Shown here: positions 1-19,073 of the stretch, one piece after another
Numbering within the stretch: position 1 is the first letter of the stretch
Layout of the letters: every line of letters starts with the position of its first letter
Assembly (NCBI RefSeq): GCF_009914755.1
Contig: NC_060939.1
Length of the DNA: 64,000 nucleotides
Strand: one strand, 5' to 3'
Source: the human T2T-CHM13v2.0 reference genome, Homo sapiens
Position numbers and translations under genes: made by a program
Notes under the pieces: generated by a model
Database searches by the model: none
What the model saw: the letters and a program-made list of their open reading frames with translations, nothing else
Told to the model about the DNA's origin: nothing

Positions 1-2320
1 AGTGCTGGGATTACAGGTGTGAGCCACCACGACCACCAATTTAGCTCTTTTTACTCCTTCCCTTCCTCTCCTACTATTTTCCCTATCTTTGTTAATGGCA
101 GCACGAGTGAATGAGAGCCAACATTCAAACTGCTAAGTCAGAAATCTGGGAGTCATCCTCAGCACCCTTTCCCTCCAACCTAACTCCCACTTCCAAGCAG
201 CCACCTCCTAAATCTCTCTTCAGTCTTTCTAGTTTTCTCTGTCCTTACAGCCATCAACCCAACTTCAGCCACTACTCTCTCTTATCTAGACCACTGTTGG
301 CAGCCTTTTAACTGGGTTTCCTGCCTCTAATCCCACTCTACAGCAAGCCCCAATGTAGCTAGAGTTTAGTCACATCACTTATCCTGTTGACTGGACTTTA
401 CTGGCCTTCTTTGACCTTAGGATAAAGCTCCATTCCTTACCAGGGCTTATTAGGCCATTTCATGACCTTTCCATCTATCACCTCTTTAGCTTCAGAACTT
501 GCTGATCCACCCTAGAGTTGTGTACTTCAGCTAGACACCTTGAGTTCCTTGAATATGGCATGAAGGCTTCTCGCCTGTAGGCCTTTTCCACGCGCAGTTC
601 TTTCTATGCGGAATACTATCTTCACCCCCACTAACTTCTACTTTTAGATCTCCTTCAACAGCTCTCTAGGAAAGCCTTTTCAATGTGCACTTTCTCCTTT
701 TCCCCCCATACACTTAGGTCAGGTGTTCCTCTTCTGCACTCCCAAAGTACCTTGTGCTTCAGTTATCATAGAAAAATATCACACTCTCTGTATCCCCACT
801 TCCAGAAACTGTAAATTCTTTAAGGACGGGGAAGTTCAATTTAATATTCCTTGGACCTAGTACTATTGACAATTAAAGTTACTTAATAAATACTACCTGT
901 ACTAAGAATAGATGGGAGGAAGGAAGAAATGCTACTGGAATCTGGTAACAATGGGCCAGGGATCAAAATATTCATAACCTGAGTGCTTATGAGTAACTAG
1001 ATGTTAGAAGTTACTACCTATTTGAAGTAATTAACACTAAGATGTGATTAGAGCTTAATCCTGCCAGAGGCCAGTAGTTTTCCAAATTGCTAACTGGACT
1101 GACAAAGACGTGTATGAGTATACTACAAGACTGTACAGTGACAAAAGCAAAATTTATGCATGACTGGAATTTCTGCTCCATCCCTACAAGCTGTGTAACC
1201 CTGGGCATGTTACTTAGCCTCTATGTCTCCATTCTCAAAGATTGGGATAACACTGACCTCACAGAGCTGTTTATGAAGATTAAAGGGCAATAACATACAT
1301 CAAGTGCCAGACAATAAATGCTAGTTTCCTTCCGTGTTCTACTTCCCTTTTCCCAATAAGACAGTTTTGCCCCAGCAAACCTCGACTCTCTCATTTGGCC
1401 AGAGGAGTCCTGGGGCAGGGTCTCCTATGGCAAAGCCACACTCTAGGAGCAGCTTCCCTGAAGGGTTTTTCATGAGCCTCTTATAGGAGACTGAAGGCTT
1501 CACTACTGTGAGATGCCATTCTGTATATGAACAGGCTGACACTTCAAAATACAAGAGGGACATGGCCTTAGAACTCTGAATCTCCCCCAACCTAGGACTG
1601 CAGCTCCAGGCAAAACAACAAAGCCACTAATGTGGAATCCTAGTTACAACAAGGACAAGGTTGAACAAACAGTAAGTAGTTAAACTTTTCATGCATAACA
1701 GTGTACCTAGTAAGGCATCTCTCTTACCCCCTCAATCCCAAGAGCTTTACAAAAGAAGGGGAAGGCTGCTTAATGACAGCTGACAAACACCCATACGTCC
1801 TGTATTTTTGAGTATACGCTTCCACAGAAAGGAGCTCTACACCACACCCAAGCCTAACCAGCCTCAAGATGTGGACACAACAATAGCATACAGCAGTTGG
1901 CTGGGGATCAGGGCTGAGTGTGTGGCCAGGAAGCTTAAGCAAATGCCACAGCTTGAAACAGGAACAAAGGACAAGAAGAGAGAAGACTCAAGTTCCTGAC
2001 CCAATAATGGGTTTTATTCATTACAGCCAGGAATACAGAAGAAAATATAATCCATTTCTGTATTACAATGGACTGTAAACATGTAAACCTTGAGACAGCT
2101 CACACCACAGAAAACTCTTCACACATACACCTCTCTGACCCCTACAGACCCAACCTCCTTTCTTCAGCTGACTTTGTTGTCAGTGGCTCCAAAAAGGTCA
2201 TGGAACCTCTTGAGGATGATGCAAATTGACTCTATTTTATCACTTATTTTCAGGACCAGTAGAAGAAATTTAGGAAACTGCAGAAACATAAGAGTGATCC
2301 CTTTCTTTTGTTTTTGTTTC

Positions 2321-2497
2321 TAGGTTTTTGTTTGTTTGTTTGTTTGTTTGAGACAAGGTCTGGCTCTGTTGTCCAGGCTGGAGTGCAATGACACGATCTC
2401 AGCTAACTGCAACCTCCACCTCCTGAGCTCAAGCCATCCTCCCACCTCAGCCTCTGGAGTAGCTGGGACTATAGGCATGAGACACCATGCCCAGCTT
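2321..2497 (-). mobile_element. Alu right-arm fragment (AluJ/FRAM)
   Basis: (TTTG)n tail followed by GAGACAAGGTCTGGCTCTGTTGTCCAGGCTGGAGTGCA. Confidence 0.85.
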
Positions 2498-3210
2498 TAT
2501 TTCTTAAAAGAAGTACTGGTAAGGCTGTAAAACTCCTTTCCCTCTATATAACAACAGGAAAGGGATTGAGGCTTATGCCTTGAACAGGCTAAGAAACAGA
2601 CAACATGCCCTAGCATGAGACGGTTAAAAACAAACAACAACAAAACGACAAGGTATCCATTGTCAAAAACCTTCCAATGCTATGCTTCTCGCTCCTGTTT
2701 GGAGGTAAGGAACTGGGGTAGAAGGAAATGGAAGGAAAGGCATCTCTGGGGCTTGGACTTTTAATTTTTATTGTTTTATTTTTAAAATCACCAAGTTCTT
2801 CCCACTATTATACCCTCCCTTAAAGACTGAAAAAACATTCATAACTATTTTCTTGTTATCCTCGGAAATGTCTGGAAGGCAGGCAGAGTTAAAAAAAAAA
2901 AAAAAAAAAGGAAGTAGCAGCAACAGCTTGGAAATTAGGCAATTAGTCTGAAGGCACAGAGTTAAGGGGTTAATAAACACTTTCTCAGCTGACTCCTGAA
3001 TGAATCATGTTCCACATCCTGAGTCCTCCAATGTATACTGTGTTCAAACAGAATATCCAAAGCAGGGGAACACCTACAGCTCACAGAAATAAAACTCAAA
3101 TTTTTCATAAACCAGGCCCAGGCTACCCACATACACCTTGATCAAGTTTAGCTTCTTGGACTCAGTACTATACAGGGATACTAGAAAAGTATCATGCTTT
3201 AGGTAATAAA

Positions 3211-3536
3211 TGGTGGCTCACACCTGTAATCTCAGCACTCGGGGAGGCCGAGACAAGAGGATCGCTTGAAGCCAGGGGTTCAAGACCAGCCTGGGCAACA
3301 CAGTAAGACCCCCATCTCTACAAAATGCAAAAAATAAAAAAATTAGCTGGGTGCGGTGGCATGCGTCTGTAGTCCTAGCTACTCATCAGTGAGGCGGGAA
3401 GACTGCTTGAGTCCTGGAGTTCGAGGTTGCTGTAAGCCGTGATCACACCACTGCACTCCAGTCTGAATGACAGAGAAAGACCTGTTTCTTAAAAAAAAAA
3501 AAGAAAAAAAAAAAGAAAGAAAAGAAAAGAAAAAAA
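3211..3536 (+). mobile_element. AluJ
   Basis: Dimeric Alu with A-rich tail. Confidence 0.9.
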
Positions 3537-4145
3537 CAGGGCTGTGAGAAGAGAGGCTGGTGGAAGACTGCAGGCCAAGCTAATCTAGGCCCTGGGATTC
3601 AAAATGAAATATGACACTTATTTTGCCCTTCAACTAAAAACTGTGCTTCTGCCATCACCTTCTTTCTAAAGACAATTTATTCATCACTGTATTTCTCCTA
3701 TGTATCCCTCGTTCTCCAGAAACCCCTTCATGAGAAAAAGTAATTCTACTACAAAACCTTCTTCCCGTGTTGTTTTCTTCCTCTTTGCTTTTAAAACAAT
3801 AAACTTAGTGGCAATCATCTTTGGCAGGAATATGCCTTGTCTTTGCCGTGGGAAAGGTTAAAGTATAGTTAGCCGCTAGCCCAATTAAAGTGGAGAGAAC
3901 TAATCGGCCTTATTCTTTCTCCCCAGCCCAGCTGCTTGACCTTATCTGTTTCCCTCCTAGATGCAATCCCAATGCATCTCTCACTGCATGCTGAGTTAAG
4001 AGCAGCACGAGTTGGGATCACACAATAAGCAGCATAGTGTGATTATCCTTTGCCTGGAATCACACACTTACACTCCAAATTGGTAACCTGAAAGGAAAGG
4101 TAATCCTCAATGAAAACCTGCAAATCATATCTTTTTGATGATCTT

Positions 4146-4430
4146 CTCAGACCTGTAATCCCAACACTTTGGGTGGCTGAAGCAGGCAGAGTGGTTGAGC
4201 CCAGGGGTTCGAGACCAGCTGGGGCAACATGGTGGTACTCCATCTCTACAAAAATTAGCTATGCACCTGTAGTCCCAGCTACTCAAGAGGCTGAGATGGG
4301 AGGACAGCTTGAGCCTCGGAGGTCGAGGCTGCAGTGGGCTGTGTTTGTGCCACTGCACTCCAGACTGGGTGACAAAACAAGACCCTGTCTCTAAAAGAAA
4401 AAAAAAAAAGAAAAAAAAGAAAACAAAACC
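4146..4430 (+). mobile_element. AluJ
   Basis: Dimeric Alu with A-tail. Confidence 0.9.
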
Positions 4431-4871
4431 CAAACCCATAAAGCCTTCTTACAAATGTTTACACAAAGTAGCTCTTTAACGTTAATATATTTTACAAATA
4501 ATTACTACATATCTACAACGTTCCAGATACAGAAGAAATGGCCAAAGAAGGTATTTTAGGAGATCCAGATTATAATGAACTATGCCATTTATTAATTTAG
4601 TCACTTCTTTAATATCTGAGGATGAGCAAATCAAATACTGATAATGGCTGCAGAAGGACACAGGCTCTTATATAATAATCTTACTTCCATTCCAGAATAA
4701 AAGGGCTGGAGAAGGGGGGCAGGATTATTCTGTTGAAGGACAATGGCATCCTCAGCAACTCACAGGGATGTGCAGGTGAACATCAGACAAGGATGGGAAC
4801 CTTATAATATCTATGATATACTATGGCTTCTATCAACCAGTTTCAGGAAAAGCAAAGAAGAATGCAGTCAT

Positions 4872-5281
<410 letters not shown>

Positions 5282-5651
5282 TTAGATGGGTGCCATTCCA
5301 AATTCCAAATAATCACATCTTTGCTTTGCAAACAGGATGTGGCTTAATAATCAAACAGGGAACTAGATTCATTCAAGTATCTAGTTCCTAAAATAAGTCT
5401 ATTTAACAGGTTCAACAACATGCAACACACACCCTCCAATTGGTAGAAACACCTCTCAATGACAAAGAAAGGTGGCAAATACTAAACACCTTCACAGACC
5501 ATTTAGCAACTGGTGGGACTAACCCTTGAAGGTGAATTCAAAATAGAACTGAACCTCAATACCAGACTTCTTTTTCAGAAAAGGGAGTATGAATTCTTAG
5601 TTTCAGGTTCAGACAAAAACCAGAAGTTGTATTGCATTAGGAAAAACACTG

Positions 5652-5964
<313 letters not shown>

Positions 5965-6465
5965 CCTACTGGCCCAGAGCCTACAAATAAGTTGTTTGGA
6001 GGAAGAGGATGGAAATCTGTTAGTTAAGATTTAACCTGCATATGTTGCCTTCTTTACTAAAATCAGACTCATAAAGAAATGTATTCTGGCTTCAGCCTTG
6101 TTGGTATTGCTCTACCTCTATTTGTTTCCCATGCTATTGCTTCATCCTTGTTTCTGCAGAACTAGGATTTTAGCTCAAAGTCACCTAAAAGCCTCCACAG
6201 GAAACTACATTCCAAAGGGAAGACTCCATGGGAAGAGCAATAGAGAAAGAAGTTACTTTTAAGTCTTTGGTAATGTTCACCCAACCCAGTTTTCATTTTC
6301 TCTCAATGGACAAGAACCCTCAACTAATAAAGCTAATGAACTTACAGGAAGGTAATATATGGAAATAAACATCTTATTGAATTTATCTGGCTCTAAATCT
6401 CTTTTGTTAGGGAATTTATAGTATTCCATTATCTTACAATCTCTCCATTTCTATCTACTTGATTA

Positions 6466-6828
<363 letters not shown>

Positions 6829-7785
6829 AGGAAAGGAATTATTCTCATGTATACAATAGTAGGAAACAACCTATAAAGCTTTTGAGCATCTTATAATTCA
6901 CTGTGTACCTCTGTTTCATATTTTCGCAATTGAACTATAGAGCCTAGGCCTAGGTCTTAAGACTTTTCTTGTAACCTTCAGAGTGCCCAGCACTGGGATT
7001 GACATATACCAGTTAGACGGATTTTTTTTTTCCATAAACCAGGCTCAAACTCTTCTAAACCAAAATCAACATATTCTGAGTGCCAATCTTGGGTAAGGCA
7101 CTCTATTATTTGTCATGAAGGATTCAGAGGAAAATGTGATCTACCACACTCAACAGCAGGCCTCTTATCCTCTCCAGCTTAATGCATTTTACCAGTTAAG
7201 GACTACCCTGATGCTGAGATTGTGTTTCTTTCCCCAAATCAAATGTCACTCTCTAAGGGTCATCTGTATAATTAAATGCTTTTAATTCTATATATCAAAT
7301 GATAACTTTTGTGAAAGTAATTTAAACACACTTGAAACATCATATAAAATGATATTACTACAAGACTTAACCGTAAATGTGGCTCCCACCCCCATAACAT
7401 CTATACAATATAACCAAAGAGCTAGATTCCAGATTATCAAGAAACTTCTAAATTTTGAACCCATGCAGCAGAATTGTATTCCTTTACATTGTTGGCTCGA
7501 CTTACAAATGTGCTGTGGAATAATTATCCTCAAATACAATTTTCAGTACTGATTACATAGCTGCCTAAAAGAAAACTGTTAGCCCCTTCCATTTTATGTG
7601 AAACCAATGTCTAAAGCGCTCTTGACTCTTCAACCCCACATTTTCCCCACCCTCATCCCTCCTCAATCCCCAGCCCCAACTCATCACATCCACTAGACCT
7701 GAACTTTGAACTCAATCATAATTCTTTGTGCCTCTGCTCAAGCCCTTCTTCCTGCCTGGAATACCCTCTTTTCAGTCCCGGCTAA

Positions 7786-8208
<423 letters not shown>

Positions 8209-8488
8209 TGAGTGTTTTCTCTGGTCTCTACTCAGCCCTTGCTCACAGTCTCACTAGGACCCTGGCTAGCTTGAACACGGTCAGAAGGATCACCTTAGAT
8301 TTCTGCTGGCACAGTATTTTCCATAAATTAATCTCCTGATTGAACCGTAGTCCTATAGTAGTTATCTTTGGATGAAAACCTAATGCAGCTCGAGGAGGAA
8401 GTGGAGTGCCTGTGATCAGAGGGCTGGACAAAAGCCCATAGGGCGTCTCTGGAGCCCTGGGGGAACTGTCCCCAGGCAGGCACTCTCA

Positions 8489-8870
<382 letters not shown>

Positions 8871-8921
8871 AGAGGCGGCTCTGCGCCTGCGACCCCAGGA
8901 GGACCCACACCCTGCCCTTTC

Positions 8922-9307
8922 ACTTCCGGCCTGGACCTGAGGCTCCTGCTACGTGCAGCGGATTGTGCCGGGCGTCGGCAACTGCTCGGCTCGCCAGACT
9001 GCTCACGGGCCCAGTAGAGCAGTAAATAACCGGCCACCCCTGCGGCCGTGCCGGCCGTGATGGAACTAGACAGCTCACCCGACTCGAGAAGAACGGGGTG
9101 GGGAGGCGAGGACGCAGGGCGACCTGGAGAAGAAAGTTTCCCAGATGGCTCTAGGGTGAATCTTGAATGTTGTGATGCAGCTCGCCAGGCCTACGGGGAG
9201 GTAAAGGACTTGCCAGGCTGAAGTAACTTCAGAAGCAGAAAAACGGAGGATTAAAACCACAAGTCGTTGTGATGTGAAATTTCGTGGGGCAAGAAAGGGC
9301 CGGAAGT
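8922..9307. promoter_or_regulatory. Two oppositely oriented ETS (GABPA/ELK-type) motifs
   Basis: ACTTCCGG at 8922-8929 and CCGGAAGT at 9300-9307; typical of bidirectional CpG-island promoters. Confidence 0.55.
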
Positions 9308-11279
9308 AGGTAGTCTGCACGGCTCTGCTAGAGAGAGGATCACAAGATCACACAAATGTGATCTACTTATGACTGGAAAAAATGTGTACTTTCAGAGCCA
9401 GCTTGAGGCATTCCATTGCCTCCAATATGAGCTCTTCCCTTCAAGATTGACTATAAATCTCTTAGTTACAACTCACATCCCCTTTCCCCAGACAAAACCC
9501 CACATAGCCCGGTGTGTATTTACTGAAAGCAGTAAGATATTGCTGGGGCTTTGGGTGCAAGATGGAGAGTGCTCAGAGATAATGACAGGGGCCTGGTCCT
9601 GCAGGGCCTTACGTAGAAAGTCAAGGAATTTATTCTCTGAGCAATTGAAAATCATCCCGAAAGATCTGCATTTTAGAAATACCATGTTGAGTAGTTGCAT
9701 AAGAAACCAGTTAGGAGGCCCCTTTTTATTGGAGGTAGAGAATAATGAGAGACTGAACTACAGAAGTGGGGAAGGAAGACAGCTGTAGATCCAAGAAATA
9801 GTATCCGGAAGAGAGGCTTGAGAAGTGATCAAGGAGAATTCCACAGTTATCAGAGACCCTGTCTTCCTTGTTCACCACTATATTACCAGAACATAATACA
9901 AATAATGCTATTGTTATTGGGTGGCATTATTTGGTTAGTAGGTACTTTTTAAAATTTTTAAATTTAATTTTAGTATTAAAATACATGTAAAGATCAGGAA
10001 AATGAACTTTTAAAAATAAAGGGCTTTCACTGGGCATGATAACACATCCCTGTAGTCCCAGCTACTCCCAGCTATTCAGGAGGCTGAGGCGGCAGGATCA
10101 CTTGAACCAAGGAGTTCAAGTTTAGCCTGGGCAGTATAGTGAAACCCTTTCTCAAAAACAAATAAAGGGCTACTGAAATAATGATAATTTATATTCAGGT
10201 CGTAGGTACCTAATTACTAGTTACACATACATGGCTTTGATGGGAAATCAAAGAAACATTCTGACAATACAGAGATTCATCAAGCAATTTGTCTTTGAAA
10301 GTTGATTATTCAAAAACAGAGCTTGTAGCAAAAGAAGCAGAAGTTAGATCCCACAGTCATCAAGTTTCAGATCCTAAGGCTTGCATTCTTACACCAATTT
10401 CTTCTTTGCTTAAATCTTAATTTTCATCAGCATTAATTAAGTGTCTGGGTACTCTGCCAGTCAGGAGAGATGTTACCAAAGGTACAGGATTTGAGAAGTA
10501 TTGTCAGAAGAGCCAAGTTCATAATCAGGCCCATAGGATCAATAATTTGGGGGAGTGTTTAGAGCAGTTTCAAAGATGAGAGCAGTAGATCAAAGTAGAA
10601 TTTCAGGACTGAGCACATGCCAAGGCACCCTTTTATGGATATTCAACCTGTACCAGAAGGGAGGAGTCATTTACTTAAAAGAGTTACACAAGATGAAAGA
10701 GCTAGATCCAAATAAAGACGCTATAAAAATTACTAATGGGGCTGAGCATGGTGGATTACAGGGATTCAGTTATTTAATTATTACTGAAAGAGCTCTTTTA
10801 GACTTAACCAGATTTTTAAACCAAATATTCTTATGCATACATAAAAGTAAGTTACACAAGATAAATTTGTTGATCTTCCAAAATATCCCCCCTTACTATA
10901 CACTAGAGTGGGGTTTTGGCATAATGGCAGACAAATAGATGGAACGGAATAGAGGGTCCAGGAAAAGAGCCATTTGATTATTACTCCATTTCAATGAAGA
11001 CACCAATTTAATTTAGTGGGGAAGGCAAGTTATTTTCAATAAAAGGTGATGAAGAAAATAGATATCCCTATGTGGGAAAAATGAACTATGATCCCCTACC
11101 TCACAGCATACACAAACTTAATTAAAAATGGATCACAGGCTGGGGATGGTGGCTCACACCTGCAATTCCAGCACTGTGGAAGGCCAAGATGGGAGGATCA
11201 CTTGAGCCCAGGAGTTCAAGATCAGCATGGGTAATACGAGGAAATCCCATCTCTCTTTATTTTTTTCTTTTTTGAGATG

Positions 11280-11545
11280 GGGGTGGTTAATGGGTACAAA
11301 AAAAGTAGCCTGAATAAGACATACTATTCGAGAGCACAATAGGGTGACTATAGTCAATAATAATTGTATATTTTAAAAGAGTGTAACTGGATTGTTTATA
11401 ACTCAAAGGATAAATGATTGAGGGTATGGATAACCCCATTCTCCATGATGTGCTTATTTCACATTGGATGCCTATATCAAAACATCTCAGGTACCCCATA
11501 AATATATACACCTACTATATACCAAAAAAACTTAAAATTAAAATT
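11280..11545 (+). mobile_element. L1MA-type LINE-1 3' end fragment
   Basis: GGTTAATGGGTACAAAAA...GCACAATAGGGTGACTATAGTCAATAATAA...CCCCATAAATATATACACCTACTAT pattern of the L1MA 3'UTR. Confidence 0.75.
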
Positions 11546-11546
11546 A

Positions 11547-11869
<323 letters not shown>

Positions 11870-11961
11870 TTATTTAAATTAGTATATATACAACATTGCC
11901 ATCAATTTGGACAGTAGATGAATATAAAAAATAATAACATACTGTATATAATATTTGATGG

Positions 11962-12613
<652 letters not shown>

Positions 12614-13136
12614 TTATTAAAGGCAGCTTGTTAAATGAATAAAAACATGATTTAATTTTCATATCTATAGCTTCTAATAAAATTAATTTACATATCAGAA
12701 AAATAATTCACTGTCAGACAATGTGTTCAGGTTTTTGGCTCATAAATTAAGGGATCAGAAAGAAGCAGGAAATAAATAATTTGCCTCAGGAAGTCTTTTA
12801 CAATGGAGGTGAACTTTGAATTGACTCCCAAAGCATGAGTTAGCCAGGCAGGGAAGGGGAGCATAGGCAAAGCACAGAGATGTGAAAGAGATGACATATT
12901 GAACAAAGGGTTTATGGGGCTAGCAAAAGAAAATGTGCCACGATTACCTCACTTCCTGGTCCTCTACCATACTCTCTTCTCTCTGCAATGCCTTTCCCAC
13001 TTTCCAATCCCTCCACCTACTTGAAGGTCTAAACTTATATTTTACCATCCTGGAAATTTCTGACTTCTCAAATCTGGGTAAGATCCCCCTCTGTGATCTC
13101 ATAACTCTCTGAGTTAATCTCATGTATCTGAAAGTA

Positions 13137-13378
13137 CAGTTGACCCTTGAACAACGTGGGTTTGAACTGCACTAGTCCATCTATACACAGATATTATGCA
13201 GCCAAAGGCAGATGGAAAACACAGTGTTCTTGGGATGCAAACCCCATGGATATGGAGGACCATATGCAGGACTTGAGTATGTGCGGAGTATATGCAGATT
13301 TTGGTATCCTTGGAAGGTTGGGGACGTGGGGGAGGCGGTTCCTGGAACCAATCCCTTGAGTATACCAGGGTATGGCTC
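13137..13378 (+). mobile_element. Tigger2-derived MITE (MER8-like, TcMar-Tigger)
   Basis: TA then CAGTTGACCCTTGAACAAC...; ends with CCTGGAACCAATCCC..ATACCAGGG; about 240 bp. Confidence 0.75.
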
Positions 13379-14326
13379 TATTGTTATTGTTTGTCCATTT
13401 GTCTGTCTGTTCCACTACAGTAAGAGCTTCTTAAGGGCAGGTTCTGTGTTCACTAGCCCCTGGAACAGTGTCTAGCACACAGTAAATGCTCTTTAGCATG
13501 ACTTTATTCATTTTAAGAGTATTTCTTGGCCAGGCACGGTGGTTCACGCCTGCAATCCCAGCAGGTTAGGGTCTGAAACTCGTGGGCTCAAGTGACTCTC
13601 CCACCTCAGTTTCTCAAAGTGTTGGGATTACAGGCATGAGCCACTGCGCCTGGCCTAGTATTTCTTGAATCTCCTACTGGTGTGCTGAGACAGCCAGCCC
13701 CTCAATCCTTGGGGTGGTAGGGCCTGGGGCAGCTAGACATCCTGGCGAGTCACCTGCAGTCAAGAGCAGTCTCTTCCTGTGTGTGCTGTGATGTGTGGAA
13801 GGGGAAACATCATCTCCTCTTGGGTACTTTTGTATAGTACCCTCATTATAGCCTCTTTACTTGTCCATGTCCTCCACAGCCCACATGCTGAATGAATGGT
13901 ACCTTTTTCACAATTGTATCCTTACTGCCTAAGCCAGGACTCTGCACACAGTAAGTGTTCAGCAAGTACTTGTTGAATGAATGCATGAAAGAGGAAGCAT
14001 TTGTGTTAAATTTTGAAAGAGTTTGAATTTCAATGTGTAAAGGAAAAGAGCAGTCTATAGAGGGGGACCACAATCTAGAAGGATAACTCTATGTAACTTG
14101 TTCACTTTAGGATCTCCAGGTTCTGGAAGAGTGCCTGGCACATAGCAGACACTTAATGAATATTTTCTGGATGCATACAATGAAATGGCAAATGAACCTA
14201 GGCAGAGATCTCCAAAGCATCTGGAGAGATACCAGGGAAGTAAGCAATTCTGTCTGGCTAGAACAAACAGTGCATGAAGAGAAATACTAACAGAAGGAAT
14301 GTAAGGAATGTTAGAAAGTAGGTTGA

Positions 14327-14709
<383 letters not shown>

Positions 14710-15265
14710 TTATCTCTCACAACAGCTGTGTGAAAATGAGTCTTAGCTACATTGTACAGGTGAGGTAATTGACTCTGAGAATTAAAATAACCTGACCCAA
14801 GTCCCATGTAATTGTCAGAACCAATGTTTGGACCCAGGTCTTCTGTCCCAAAGTTCATTTCTTTTTATATCTATCACAGTTCCTTGAAAGCTAGGCTGCA
14901 GATTGTATTGAGATTTTACTCTTGAGTCCATGGGAAGCGAGAGAAACTTCTTTAGTTGAGGAACAACAAGGTCAGAGCTAAGATTCACTAAGATTAATCT
15001 GTTAACGTATGTAGGAGAGATTGAATGGGAAAGCCAAGTGCAGGGAGATTATCTCTGAGACTGTTAACTAAGAGTTTAACCTGACCATCCTCATGTGCTA
15101 TGGGACTCAGAAAGTGTAGACTCAAATTCACTTGGGACTGATGGTTTCATTTCTCTTCTCCCACACTAGGTGGCCAGACCAGCAAGACTTAAGCTTTGTT
15201 TAACTTGTCAATGTTTACAGAAGTGCAGGTTGCCAAAATTCTCTCTGCACCCTGACTCCCACTCC

Positions 15266-17320
<2,055 letters not shown>

Positions 17321-17644
17321 TGTTTTGAGGGATTTTAACAGACAATTAGGATGTCCAGCAGAGCTGAGATTGGTGGCTCACCAGAGAGCTTTAAGAGTCA
17401 CCTGCCCAGAGATAACAGTTGAAATCATGAAAATGTATGATATAGTCAAGGGAAAATGGGAAAAGGGAAAGTTAGCTAAAAATTAGAGGTAAAGATGAGA
17501 GAGGTTTGTGAGAGACAAGAGAACAGGGGAGAGATGGTGGCTAGTAGAGTAGACTCAGATCAGAGGTGGTGTTGATGAAGGGAAAGGCAAGAAAGGACCT
17601 TTTCAAGGTCTCCTCAACATCAGGAGGACATTCAGCCTCTACAT

Positions 17645-18003
17645 CAGGGGTCCCCAGCCCCCGGGCCATGGACTGGTACTGGTCTGTGGTCTATTAGGAA
17701 CCGGGCCTCACAGCAGGAGGTGATCAGAGGACCAGCGGGAATTACTGCCTGAGCTCCACCTCCTGTCAGATCAGCAGCAGCATTAGATTGTCATTGGAGT
17801 GGGAATCCTATTGTGAACTGCATATGTGAGGGATCTAGGTTGCACACTCCTTATGAGAATCTAATGCCTGATGATCTTAGGTGGAACAGTTTCATCCCGA
17901 AACCATCCCAACTCATTCTCCCCCTCCCCACCCCCCACCCATTCCATGAAAAACTGTCTTCCACAAAACCAGTTCCTGGTACCAAGAAGGTTGGGGACCG
18001 CTG
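17645..18003 (+). mobile_element. MER1B-like hAT-Charlie DNA transposon
   Basis: Termini CAGGGGTCCCCAG...TTGGGGACCGCTG; 8-bp TSD CTCTACAT (17637-17644) / CTCTACAC (18004-18011); internal GAGAATCTAATGCCTGATGATC motif. Confidence 0.9.
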
Positions 18004-18664
18004 CTCTACACTACTGTCGGAGTTTTATTTATCTAAATTGTATTTCTGATCAAGTCATCTTCCTTCTCCAGAACTTTTAATGGCTATGGAATGCTATCAG
18101 GATGAAATCCACTGTTATGATCAGAGCCTTTTGCTTGCAAGGAATAGAGACTTACGTTATTTCGGGAAAACAGAAGTCTATGAAAGGGATATACAGAGCA
18201 AACCCAGAAAAGCACAAAACCAAATTTCAAAAAGAGCAGAAGTCAAGGGCCTGGCTACTCTCTCATCTCCCTCTCTCTCTCAGTGTTCTTCTATTCCTCT
18301 CAGAACGTCCGATCAGTTTTCCTCTTTGCTTGTCAGCTACTTCAACTGCCTTATAACCTCTATTTCCTCCTGACTGGAGTGTTGCACAAGACATGTAATG
18401 GCCACCTCAGCCCTATTCCATCTAATGTTCCAGCTCCAGGGCCCTCTCATTCTCCCATCTATGCCAGTGGTGATCCTACTGTCCTCCAAAGCTCTGTGCA
18501 AATCAAGATTGTTCTGATTCCCCCAGTCAGAGTTAATCCCTCCATTGTAATTCCATAGTCTGGGTTCCACAAGTACAGCTCTTACCACAGCCAAACTCGT
18601 GTTGTGATTAATTATGCATGTTCAGCACTCCCATGTATCTAGGAAGGCACATGCCATATCTTAG

Positions 18665-19073
<409 letters not shown>

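Noticed and set aside
10555-10938. 127-aa ORF in the HEXA-AS1 region
   Set aside because: Non-ATG start, AT-rich, adjacent to decayed L1-like sequence, no recognisable homology
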